Notes: generated by a model from the letters alone, not told the origin. A stretch of DNA of 64,000 nucleotides from Glycera tridactyla (GCA_965644265.1 OZ286462.1:70928001-70992000); one strand, 5' to 3'. Shown: positions 35,381-47,885, counted from the stretch's first letter. Translations and numbers: made by a program.

Positions 35381-37854
35381 ACCATGCAGGAGAAGCGAGA
35401 AACAAATCAATTCCAATTTACCTCCCATTCAATGGCGATTAATTCTACAATCCAATTAGAACTTGTACGAGTTCAGCAAAACAGATCTGTGGTTGACCGC
35501 AACATTGAATTGAATGAACCAAAGTCTCAATCAGTGATTCAAAACGAAAGTGATCGAAATCTGAATGTTAATGTTTGCTCAGTGATGCAATTTACAGTAT
35601 TCACTATGCAGTCATCTCTGGGGGTGGCCTCTGTCAGCAGGTGGCCTTTGTATAAAGGTGATCTCTAGGGCAGACAACAGACAACAAATTTATTCATAAC
35701 AGATGATAGATAATTTATGGGGTTATAATGATTAACATTGTTGAAATAAAATTGAAAATAGTACGTTAGGCAAATAGCCTATTTCCCAACTACAACCTGT
35801 ACACTCGGGTATCTAGAAACCAGATCTAAGATGTGGGATCCTAACTGTCTAGAATCAGGATAGAAGATAATATTGTAGAGTAATGTAGGTTATCCCAGGA
35901 TATGTGAAAGTATGCCTGATTGCTGATGTTGCAAATGTGAGCTCTATGATATGCTGACTGTTAAATTCAATGAGCCCTTCATATATTTTCATGGGAGCTA
36001 TTATGAGAATTCATTCTTCTCAGACACCAAAAGAGTCTCTTTCATACAGTGGGCTGTAAAGGTCAACGACAGAGAACTTCAAGGCCTTCTAAGCTGCATG
36101 ATTGCACATTATCTCAGAAGAGACTAGCCAGTAGAACTTGGATACAGTGACCATGGCTATAAGCATTCACCCTAGATACCACTGAAAAGCAGTCCAGCAA
36201 AAGCCAAAGCAGTCCAGCAAAAGCCAAAAGGCATGGTCTCTTGTTAGACTACCGGTATGACAACTGCGATACCAACCAGAGAATATCAGGGTTGCATCCA
36301 TCCTCTCCTGCATCAAGACTAGAGGCTTTTCATCAGAATATCTTTCAAAATGGCTTCACTCAATATGCAGTGAGTGCAACCCTTTTGCTGATAATGGGGG
36401 GGGGGGGGGGCATCATGGCTACTAACTGCATGTACAAATATGGCCTCTTCAACTGAGACTAAAGTGACCCTAAAAGGCCCTCTCTTTGCCTGCATAGCAA
36501 ACTATGCTCACCCTCGATGTGAAATGTTACTCTATTGGAACGAAAAATTTTAGGAAAACCAACAGGATTGTAAACTCATACCAGTGAATCGGGTGAGTAA
36601 TAAAAGCGTGAAATAAAAAAGTACTGGTGAACCAACACCCTAAAATGCATGTCTTGAAGCCACTATAGAGGCCACCTGGTGGATGCAGGCTGAACCAATC
36701 ACACACCAGTATTTTGACAACTGCTACGCTCATTCTGGAGGAAATAGGAGAGATTTTTATGATGGCTGTATTTATTGATGTTACTGTTGATTCAAATCAA
36801 GCAGGCTACTGCAAAACATCACTAATACATAGAGCAGCTGGTAAGACACTGTAGCTCTGTGAAAGATACATTCAGACCTCAAAAATATTGCCTCGCGGAC
36901 AAGTCAAACTTCAGATTGTTGATGGGCCAGAGCCCTTGGCCCCCATTATTGCCATTTTGACCCCTCAATATCTCTCGCTACATGGGTCACCTGACCCAGA
37001 TTTCTTGTCCCTATGAACATTGATGAATAGGATATGGCCCATCATTTTGTGTTATGACCCATGATCTCTATAGTTCTCACACCTCAAGGGCTCAATAGTA
37101 TATATCAGAGCATAGACTTCACTGAAGGCGGACCTCGCCTCGGCAAAGCTTCACAATTTGCCGCATCTAGGAAAGAATTTTTATCTGAAATTTACGCGAG
37201 CAAAACCAAGCTACTCCTGCATTGATGGATGAACACCTTCCCTAATACACAAGTGTATGAGTTTATGATTTCTGGTGGTGGTACGGGCCATAGTTGCTGA
37301 GATACAGACTTCAATAAAAAATTCAACATAAACATTGCAGCAACAAAAACTTTGACATAGAGCTATGTACGGGTGCAATTCCCTTCTGTATGTCATTCCT
37401 GATATACTATGGCACAGATGCAAAAGATCTGATGATGGCAGAAGCCCAGGTGGCTGAATTGAAGCATTCAAGAAAAACTTTAATGTAAAACCTTGCAGCA
37501 ACAGAAACTTTAACGTAAAACATCACGATGGTGTGGACAGCAACTCCAATGTGGATGCAATCACAAGGACATTACCTCTTAATGAGGCATGGTAAAAAGC
37601 TGAAGAGCTGTTGTTTCAAATGCAAAAGGTGCTTTCAAAATGTGGTCTCCAACACTAAATGGTTCATCATGGCAGGTTCCACTCTCCATACTAAAGAAAT
37701 GGAAGTAGCAGCAAAGCCTTCTATAAATAAAGAGCAGATATCATTAGCCTGTAATGTAAAGAATATCCCTGTATTTATCAGTCTCATATGGCAGGGATTA
37801 TAGCCTAGGCTTGTGGCCACCAGCATGGTAAACCATATCTGAAGTGAAGACTAA

Positions 37855-38551
37855 AGGCGCCTTTACATAGGGCGGGCGAGGGCAGGCGCCAGTCTGCGAC
37901 TTCGCGCGATCTTTTTTTCGACCAAATCCGTGTGAATGCCGCGCGATTCGGGCTGATTTGGCGCCAAGAGGCGGCTTTCACACGGCGTTCCCGCGCCCGC
38001 GCGCGGCTGCATGCGACGACAGGCGACAACGCGCGACTACGCGCGGATTTATGCTGGCGACTTCGCGCGATTTCGCGCGACTTCGTGCGACTGCGCGCGG
38101 CGGTCCCGCGGCGTTCGCGCGACTTCCCGAGACTGCCCGCGACAACGGGCGACGTTCACACGACTGGGGGCGATCTGATGGTCGCGAGCAGTCACGGGCA
38201 GTCGCGCGTTGTCGCCCAGGCACCCCACATGCGACCGCGCGCGGCATCCGTGCGGCAGCCGCGCGGCAGCCGCGCGACTGCCCGTGACTGCTTGCGACTG
38301 CGCGCGACTGCGCGCGACTGCTCGCGCCAACTCGCGACTCCGGGCGAATTAATTCCAGTCGCGCGATCGTGCGCGAAAGTTTTGAACATTTCAAAACTTC
38401 CGCGGCGGCCCCGTAGACACAGGCGACGGCTCGAGACTTCGTGCGACTACGCGCGACTACGCGCGACTAAGCGCGAATTTCTTTGCGACTACGGGCGGAT
38501 TTGAGATCGCGCGAAGTCGCGCGTAGTCGCCCGCCCTATGTAAAGGCAGCT
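37855..38551. mobile_element. PIF/Harbinger-type MITE, 697 bp
   Basis: TAA duplication (37852-54, 38552-54). TIRs AG(GC/CT)GCCTTTACATAGGGCGGGCGA (25 bp, 2 mismatches). Interior made of GCGCGACT-type repeats. Confidence 0.9.
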
Positions 38552-38593
38552 TAAGGTAACTTATGGCATGATATGATTTTCAGTCCTATTATG

Positions 38594-41500
38594 TGTAACG
38601 CCACGTTTTTGACGATGTGACGTTTGTTAGAATAACATGAACAATATAGGGATTTCTGATAGCGGAATTCGCGGAATTCCTCTTTTGAGGCCCGCGACCC
38701 TAGTTTTACGCTACTAGACTTATATTAATTCCTTCCTACTCCAGAAGCATGAGATATTTTCACTTCTATTAGTTGAAAAACAGTAGTGACCCTATTAGTT
38801 TTCTAATATTAGTTGTTTCACCTATCTGGTTGTTGGTGTGGCAACTAGAGTTCGAGTTACACGCGGTAGACTCGCCGTTCGCGGTGGGTGCCCAGATTGC
38901 AGTGTTTCTAGGGTGAAACAGTGAAAATGCGATATCTCCATGAATAATGGACGTAGGGAGACCATATTTTTACACGATACGTATCTGTAGTAGGGCTAAA
39001 GATATCCCGAAGATGGGAATTGTATCTTTCGAGGCAAAAATGTTAGTCCGAGGTATAGGCCGTTTATCGGACGGTTTTTTGCCAACATAGTTGATCACAC
39101 AGTGTAGTGAACGACTCCCTGAGCAGGAGGAGCTCGGAGTCGCGCAGGAGGAAAGTGATCTGCAATGTACATGGAATGTACATGTTTTCTCAGAAAATCT
39201 TCTGTAATCGATCTAGAAAAGTCTCGAGCGAATACTTTCGAGGTAGCTGACTTGGGGAGCTTGACATCGCTTTTCCCGCTCCTTTTTCCCGCTCTTTGCT
39301 GGCTCTTCAGGACGGTTACATAAAAGTGTTCCAGACAGGAATTCTGGCACTTGGAAATTCTGTCCTGAAGAGTACGCACCGGAGCTGAAGGAGTCGGGAG
39401 CAGAGAACATCTTGCTTCTCCAGGATCGCTGCCTTGGACTAAAATGATGGACTCCTATACACCGTCCTGAGCTCTACTACATCCAGTGTTCATGAGGTTT
39501 GGAACTGTTTTAGGATCCTTTTAGGAGGCTTTATTAGGATTCATTTTCCCCATTTGCCCAAATGGCCATTTTTAGTATCATGCCATTTCATGTCATCGGA
39601 TCTTCCGTGTTTTGTATTGAATGTACCGTCTTTCGAGCATACGTGGTCAAAAATCTAGAATTTGCATGTTTTGGATGTTTTTGGATCATTTTGGATGATA
39701 GGATTTTGTTCCATAAATGCCGTCCTGATCCTAACGACTAGCTGATAATTCTCGCTGATATCGGTAGTTCTATCTGTTTCTGTTAATTCCCTGTGCTGTT
39801 CCGGTGAATTTGGAACAAGTGGAACTGTGTGGAACTAGGCCGTGTTCCTACAGCATTGTTCCCGGTGCAGTACGCCTGTATGGGTGGAACAGGGCTATAC
39901 AGGAATTTGTAAAATAGTATTTTAAAGCTTGGACTCACTGAATCCTCCGGGTGAGAGAAGCTGTGTGTATGAACTGCTAACACGTCTCAATATAGCTCTT
40001 ACGCATCAGATTCTGATCATTTGTGTAATATAACGGATTTCTGTGTGAATTAGATGATTGAATCATTCAAAATTCAATTATATTCACGGGATTTCCCTAT
40101 AGGAATAAAAATGTGAAAGGAATATTTCTGTAAGATCATTTTCAGTTGGAATATCAGCAGAGACGACTGTGTCTTTTCTCTCTGAATCTGTGTGTTTTTA
40201 GACCCGGCTACTCTACCAGTCCATGTGGGCTGAGTTGAAATGAACATGTCTATCTCGGTATGACAATGGCAGCTCGCTGTCATGTGTACTAACCAGGTCA
40301 CCGCTGAGGTGAACTTTGCTGCTGGTTTCGTAAATAGCACACACAGCTGATCTGTTTTCTTTAGCTTCCTTGATCATATGAATAGAGATCCAGTCAAATC
40401 TTTTCTTTTCCGAGTGAAATTCTTTATTGAAAAACGTATTTTCATTGAAACTGCTTGTTTTGAGAAGGTAATAATCTAACGTCGTTCATATGGTGTGAAA
40501 ATCTGGAATTCTTTGACGGTTAACCGATCGATCAATCGATTAATCGACCGATCAAATATGCTTCAATTTCGGTTTTCTGAATCTATTTCGGCTTGCAAAA
40601 GCTTGTTTGTAAACGATCAAATGCTAGCTTGATGGTATTTCAATTTCTATAACCACAACTGTCGTATTTGTCAATTGAAGATCCGGTGGAATGTTTTTGG
40701 TGCTCGTACTTGTAATAGACATGTAGGGGAGACGACAAACCGAGGCTTGTTTGTTTACACGTAGTGCCTGCTTGTGATTCATGTGCCCGGCCTGAATTTA
40801 GACTTCTCGGAGAAGGTCCACTCTGATAAGCTTGATTTCTGTCCTAAGTGCCGTATATCCTAAGCACGGACCCGTCCTAGGCTTGCTTAGTCTTGTGTGA
40901 TGTCCCTAAGTCCCGTGACCTACTTTTTGAGTAAAACCTCCGTATTGAGACCAACCTGTCACATGTGACCACTTTGAGATTTTTGGTCTATATGATCTGC
41001 GACATCACGTTGAGCTGTATTTTCGAAGGAAAATTCTTTTGGATTGATTTTAGACCTTCAAACGGCTATATTTGTAATTGTTTAGCTCTCGTAATGAATA
41101 AGCTGCTATGCACTGTCATTTGAGCTCCGAGATACTTTCTGAGCGATCTGGAATGAACAGCTGTTTCTGACTGATCGGTCAGATGTAAACAATCCGCCAT
41201 TTTGGATTTCCATCCGCCACATGTATGAGCCTCACTTTGAGCTTCCGATCCACTTTACACTTTTCAACAAGTTTGAAACTTTTTCACTTTGGGTAAAAGC
41301 TTTTAGATGCTTTAGAATTGATCGGAATTGTTTCTCGTTATGTGCGGATTGCTTTTGTAGGACTTCAGTGTGCTGGCTTTATCGCTATTTGTGATTTGAC
41401 AGCGCAAACTTAGCGCGTTGACTAAAACTTAGCACGATGCTTACCGGACTTACTCATGGTCTTACCCCGTAAGCATAATTGTGTTTGTGGTTTGTGACAT

Positions 41501-43761
41501 ATGGGACTGCATGTAAATGCATTTCGCTCTTATATTTCTGGATTTACATGACTAATCTCGACTTTAGGCATTATCAAATGGCTTGAAATGAGTTGAAATT
41601 GGGATTTGGTGAATTTTAGAATTTGAACTTAGCACGGACTTGGTAGATCGGAACTTAGACCCCGCAGCTACTGCAGTTGTAACTTAGTGCGTTCCGGTCT
41701 ATGTTAGGTAGGTCATACTCACAGTGTAAGGGAGGGGGAACTTGGGTTGATTTCAGATCTTGCCCCTTGCTTCGGTGAGTGGTATTTTCATCTGACACTG
41801 TCTATAAAGACCACCTGTTCTGAGTAGATCAGTTTCTCTATTTTGAATTCTTAACTTAGAATTTATTCAAAATTTTTGAATTTGATTTGATGAGAACTTG
41901 ACTTTTTTTTATTTTGAAAAGCGTGCTTGCTCTTTTCATGCAGACAGTTGGACTTCAACTTTATCGCTGTATTGCTGCTGCATCATGATCCCAGCTGACT
42001 GAGAGAGGACTTGGTGTGTTAACCTTTCTAGTTCATTCCCCGTGAACTTAGCTCTCTCTGATACAGCTGATGATATTTTAATGCCTTGTTCCTTGATTGA
42101 TTAACTTAGTTGGCTCAGTGCCTGCTCCGTTGATAATGGCTTAAGTGCATTGAGATTTCTTTTCAACGGTGATACTTGCCGATTGTCTTTTGACAATCTA
42201 TTCAACTGGTAGTTGAAATATTTCTAGTAACTTGATCAATGGTAACTTGTAACTTTAATTCTTGTGCTATTTAGTTAGTGGGGAATAAAGTGGGATCCTG
42301 CCTTCCCACTATAATAGATCTGGCAACTGCAAGTAACTAAGTGCACGCAACAAACATAAATAAAAACTTGGAGTTGTTTAAAGATACTTTTTTGAATAAA
42401 ACTTTTCTTTATGATACTTGGACAAGTTGGTAGGAGACTTTTTTTATCTTCTTGCAGCGACCAGCGCGTCTGAGATGTCGTAACTGGAGAGGTGCGTACT
42501 CTTCAGGCCACACTTTTACAACGTCGCCAACCTGGCTTACGGATGCAGCTATTTCAGGCTGTAAGCCTATTCTCAGCTAGCTGCTGAAATGGTGCGACTG
42601 GCACACTACTACACTCGAGATGTCTTCGAGTTGATTATCGTCCACGGTGAGATTCGTATATTCATCACTATGGATTTGGATACGTTTTGCTAGAGGAATA
42701 TATCGATCCTCTTTACCTCTACATTATACTCCAACAACTGCACGCGTTCAATGTGTTCACTACTACTTTATACCTGCTGGACATACATTATACCTCCATG
42801 GATCGTCATCACACATACACCTAGGTGGCCACCAATTATATTAACTTTAAAAGTTCGATTCTTCATCGTGGGTCTTTTACCCTAAAACTTTCGAGTTATT
42901 ATATCAAGAGTGCACTAACTATCTAGACACAGTGTCTTTGACTTGGTTTTGTTTCCAGCTAGGTACAGTGGCCACTCGTCAAGCGCTCAAGTCATCGTTG
43001 GAACAAGAGATAGCTATCACATGAATTAAGGTTTGAGCTCAAACACCTGACTCTTTGGGGGTTGTAATTGTATTATACAATGAGGTACCTCACACTGTCG
43101 GTCATACATGAATAGCCCGTGTACTGTATATCATGAGTTGCTCAATTCTGATATTCATTGGTATTTATGTATTGTGAGTTCATCCATACTTGTCTTATGT
43201 GATATCCGGATTCAGATCTGAATGGTTCTAATTGAAGTTATGTATTGAATTGTGGGTATTATCGACTATTGTCTACTTGATACTGTGATTTTCAATATTG
43301 ACTATTTCAATTTATGATCTACCATTTACATCTATTTATGTGACTTATACAAATTAAAATATGTATCTACAACTCTATTTATGTGTCTCTTATACTTTTG
43401 AACCAACACTTGAGTTCCCTGTGTGAGGGATGAGATGATTTTATAGATTTATGATTTCATTAGAGCTTGGCAAACAATGGGATTCAACATGTAATACTGA
43501 TCGCGCTTATAACATCTTTTAGTACAACGTATATTTTTGTGAACATCGATCCACAGGAGCAATACCATTTATTTTGATATTGGGATAAATGGGGTAAAAG
43601 CCCGGTTAACCTGAAACATTGCTTCCTGCTGTTCTTGATAATGGGAATTTAATCAGATATAAACTTCTTGCCAAGGTTGCATCTTAAGGAAGAGGAGGGA
43701 ATACTCCTACAAGCCTGTCGGATGACTGGTTCAATTCCATTGTCATATTGGAAGGATTACA
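38594..43761. mobile_element. Unclassified ~5.2-kb insertion; possible large solo LTR or non-autonomous element
   Basis: CpG-rich, almost free of host MITEs and microsatellites, no ORF over 100 aa. Candidate ends TATG|TGTAA ... TTACA|TATG. Boundaries are tentative. Confidence 0.4.
41183..41204 (-). promoter_or_regulatory. YY1-like (AAAATGGCGG) plus forkhead-like (TGTTTAC) motif pair
   Basis: The minus strand reads CAAAATGGCGGATTGTTTACAT. This is a motif match only; function is not shown. Confidence 0.35.
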
Positions 43762-46238
43762 TATGGTTTGTTTGTATCAACCCTATGTATGCCGTGTATT
43801 CCTGGTTAATTAAAGCTAGATGTTCTCTCCCCTGCATACATTTCTCTCACAAACCCTGAACACAAGATAATGGGGAACCTGAAAGGTTCTCAATTGGAAG
43901 TGGCTGACAGCTCAGACACACCTCTACATACTGAACATGAACAATGGCATATCTAACTACATGTATGTAACTGGCTGGGGGCTGACACTCGAGTCTGATA
44001 GCAATGCTTTCTTTTTTAGCAGAGCGCAACACTTGAAACCAGGAAAAGCATTACAGGCTTCACTCTTGAGTAATCAGTACCAGGAGGTTAAGCTTGAGAA
44101 CATGGAGAAGAGAGGGTTGGCCAATAGCTCATAGCACAAGCTCCCATCCATCACTGTCAATGATATATTTATTACAGACAATAGATCCCACTCCTTTATA
44201 GAGCTACCCCATGTGGCGAGGTGGCTAGCCTTAATTCACCATCATTTACCAGCTTTTATACACTGCCTACTCATTCTCTCTCTCTCCCTCTGCTCACTTT
44301 CTAACTAACCCTTCATGCAATGCATATCAATAGATCTCAAGTTTTTTTTCTGTTCAAGAGTTGGTCTAATGAAGGGGCAGAATGAAAACGAAAGATATTA
44401 GTCTGATTTCATAAAAAAGTATAGTTACCTTGAAGGGAAGGTAATAATGGTCATATGATGGACAAAAGAAGAAAAGGTAATTTTCTCAATGGCTTATTAG
44501 AATTGGAGACAAAGGTGTGGCCTTCATTTATGAGATAATCATCAAGTCAATATGGGCATCCATCAATATATGGCAGTCACTCTCTTTGGAAACTTTCCTG
44601 GAAGCCTGTGACCAAGATTTGAGAATAATCACCAATCTCCCATCAGAATATTAAGCGGGCATTCACCGACTTCAAAAACCCAGTTTTCAAACCAATACAG
44701 GGTTGAGGATTGAGTGGTATTCTGGAGACAGGTGGTATTTCTCTTTTATGATTATATTCAATGCATCCATACAAGGAATAATTTTGAAAAAAATCCAGGA
44801 GCCCCTCTATGTATCATAATAGTCCTTACTGAGTGAAGTAAAAGACAAATCAAGAAACAATTCCCCAGCAATAATCCACGCCAAGGACATTCCATAGTCT
44901 TTGTGACTGAAGTCTGATGATGATGTGTCAAGACTTTCAATACATAGCCTGATGCAACATACCAAATAAGTAGCAGAAATTCCTATGAATTTTTACTTTT
45001 TTTCAAAGTACCGACCTGCTCTAGAGAGCAATTGCACAATTAGGCCATCAGCCTATAGAAATCATGTTTGGACATGACAAAAAGTGGCCCTTGGTTGCAC
45101 TCCTCTCGATTGATACAGAAGGGACATGGGAAATACCAGACTGTGCTTGTGATAATAGAGACAAGTTGGAAGGGGTCCCCGGTGATGGCTGCTGATGCAG
45201 TGTTGATGCCAGCATATCCTGAGCTAGTTAGGCCCACCATACTGACACATCAACTCATTTCCTGCACCATCTGTGTACAAAGACTGAAAGATGGATCACT
45301 GGCATAGAACTCGGGGCTGGCCCACACCAACAAGCAATGGCTAGCTCAGTCCTTTACACTCTATCATATTTACAATCAAATAGATGAAATGCCACCAGAT
45401 AAAATTTGTATTTCAAATGTGTTTCTGTCACGGTTATGCTGAACATCCTGTACAAATTATGCACATGAATCTGTAATCTGTGAATTGTGAAATAAAAGGT
45501 TCTCATCTCATCTCTTCTCAAAATGGTGCCACCAGATACAAGAAACAATGTGAGTACAAACTGTGAGTACAAACTGTGGACTCTCCTTACTGGTAAAACA
45601 AAATCATGGTCATAAGTTGTAGGATTCAACTATACGATCATGAATTCATGGAATCGGAAAGTTATGACGAATTAAAAATATGACATACTTCTGATGACAA
45701 ACCTAATAGTGAATCTGGGTCCAGAACTATATGTTAAGCNNNNNNNNNNNNNNNNNNNNNNNNNNNNNNNNNNNNNNNNNNNNNNNNNNNNNNNNNNNNN
45801 NNNNNNNNNNNNNNNNNNNNNNNNNNNNNNNNNNNNNNNNNNNNNNNNNNNNNNNNNNNNNNNNNNNNNNNNNNNNNNNNNNNNNNNNNNNNNNNNNNNN
45901 NNNNNNNNNNNNNNNNNNNNNNNNNNNNNNNNNNNNNNNNNNNNNNNNNNNNNNNNNNNNNNNNNNNNNNNNNNNNNNNNNNNNNNNNNNNNNNNNNNNN
46001 NNNNNNNNNNNNNNNNNNNNNNNNNNNNNNNNNNNNNNNNNNNNNNNNNNNNNNNNNNNNNNNNNNNNNTGTTGCAGAGTAATTTTTATTTGGAAGGAAT
46101 ATTGACCGGTAGTTGGAGATAGATGGCTCTCTTGAGCCTGGACACATACATAAATATGGACAAATTCAACCTGCTATCCCTTCGTACACACTTGAGACTA
46201 TATACCCCAGCCCACACACCTGCATCCAACACACACAT

Positions 46239-46239
<1 letters not shown>

Positions 46240-46309
<70 letters not shown>

Positions 46310-46316
46310 CACACAC
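46240..46316. repeat. (CA)n microsatellite
   Basis: Direct reading. Confidence 0.92.
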
Positions 46317-47885
46317 TCAAACATGTACACCATTCACACACAAACATATATGCATGCATGCACGTAAGCACAAACATACACACCCACCCACCTCATCACA
46401 CTCACACAGTCCAACACTCACACACATTTTCTATATAATTTTCTACTGCATGCCCTTGGGGATTCTTACTTCATTTCCTGATAAACACCCATGTTGATTC
46501 TTTCATCATTCCCTACAAATTGCTGCCAGTATATTGAACATATATTTTGGTAAAGAGAGGATGAATCTGTATCATCAACTATATAGTGTAAGTCTAGATG
46601 CTGTGTGGATGTAGTCTGACACATAAGCTCCTTACAAACATTAAATCTCATAGTACATAATCCACCGCATCATAGAACTCCTCGGAGAACTTCTAATGCT
46701 GTAGAGAAGTTGGCAAATACAACAAAATCCATGCATATCACGAGATTCCAACACTTGGGAATTCAAGACACAAAAATTTCTTGACAGATGATAATACAAA
46801 GACCTTACTCAGAGATTGCTTCTTACTTCCTCCACTTTCATGGTGCAGACCCATTTTCCTCTGTTTAGAGCAGAATAACCCCATTTTGCATCTTCAAGGT
46901 TCCAGGAAGCCCATCTTTCTTTTTTATTCAATCATAAAAAGAAGGGAAAAGCTCATGCAGAACCCTGTAATTTTTGATTTTTTGATAACCTCAGTGAAGC
47001 ATTCTTTCACACTATTAGGTTTTACACAAGTTTCCCAATGTTCCATTTTCTCGAATTGCCAAGCAACCAAGAATAGGGGATGGAGATGGAATGCTACTCA
47101 TCACGGAAGTTCAATGGATTCAAGCCCTATCGCCTGATCTTTGTCTTTTCAAGAATGGACTGAAGTACATCATATACAGTTATGTAGGCATCACATATGA
47201 TGCTTGAACCAAAATCTGCTGTACTGTCTGCCACCTAGGACATACTAATTCCTCATCAAACATGTGTGAAATTGAATTTATCTGTTGCTTGTTTGGGTTT
47301 GTTTGGTAGTTTTTATAATTGGCATTTGACAGCATGTATCAACCCAATGGGTTATGTATACACATGCCTTGTGATCATGACCTTTGAAAGCTGGATGCTC
47401 TGTCCCCTGTACACATCACTCAAACAAACCCTGAGCACAAGATTTTAGGAAACCAGAAAGGTTACCATGTGGGAAGTGGATATAGCTGACAGTGAGAAAG
47501 TGAATTACGACTTTCTATGTTCGGTATCTGTTATTAGCCTAGTCGCAGGTCTGGTCACTCCAGACTCTCTTGATGTGGTGGCTGGCCGGGGAGAACACAC
47601 AGGTGGATTATTGGCTGACAGTCTGTGATTGAGTTTGGAATAAGCCGTATATTGATTCCTCATCCATTACAGACACAGATGACATAACACATGTACACCA
47701 GACTCTAACACTCCGACTCTCCACGATTACTACATCATGTGAAATACAGATCATGTCTTATTTGATGCTCCCAACAGATCTTGATATGACCCTGGGGGAC
47801 TTCTATATCAGACAAGACTCATCCTTCTGTATGCAGCATAATGAGGGTTTGTGTCTTGAAATATGTTTTAGTACATGGACACATG

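Noticed and set aside
37805-38504. Several overlapping 65-190-aa Arg/Ala-rich ORFs on both strands
   Set aside because: They result from the GC-rich GCGCGACT repeats inside the Harbinger-type MITE and carry no domain motifs.
39295-39380. CTGAAGA motifs as hammerhead ribozyme cores, and CTGATGAG motifs in family B MITEs
   Set aside because: No properly closed stem II followed by GAAA and a cleavage triplet could be assembled by eye; the MITE motifs are part of GAGAGACC repeats.
39095-39410. Minus-strand ORFs with an RRM-like stretch (KVFARDFSRSITEDFLRKHV)
   Set aside because: Short, with no RNP1 motif or continuation, and overlapping hairpin-rich sequence; the resemblance is not enough to call coding.
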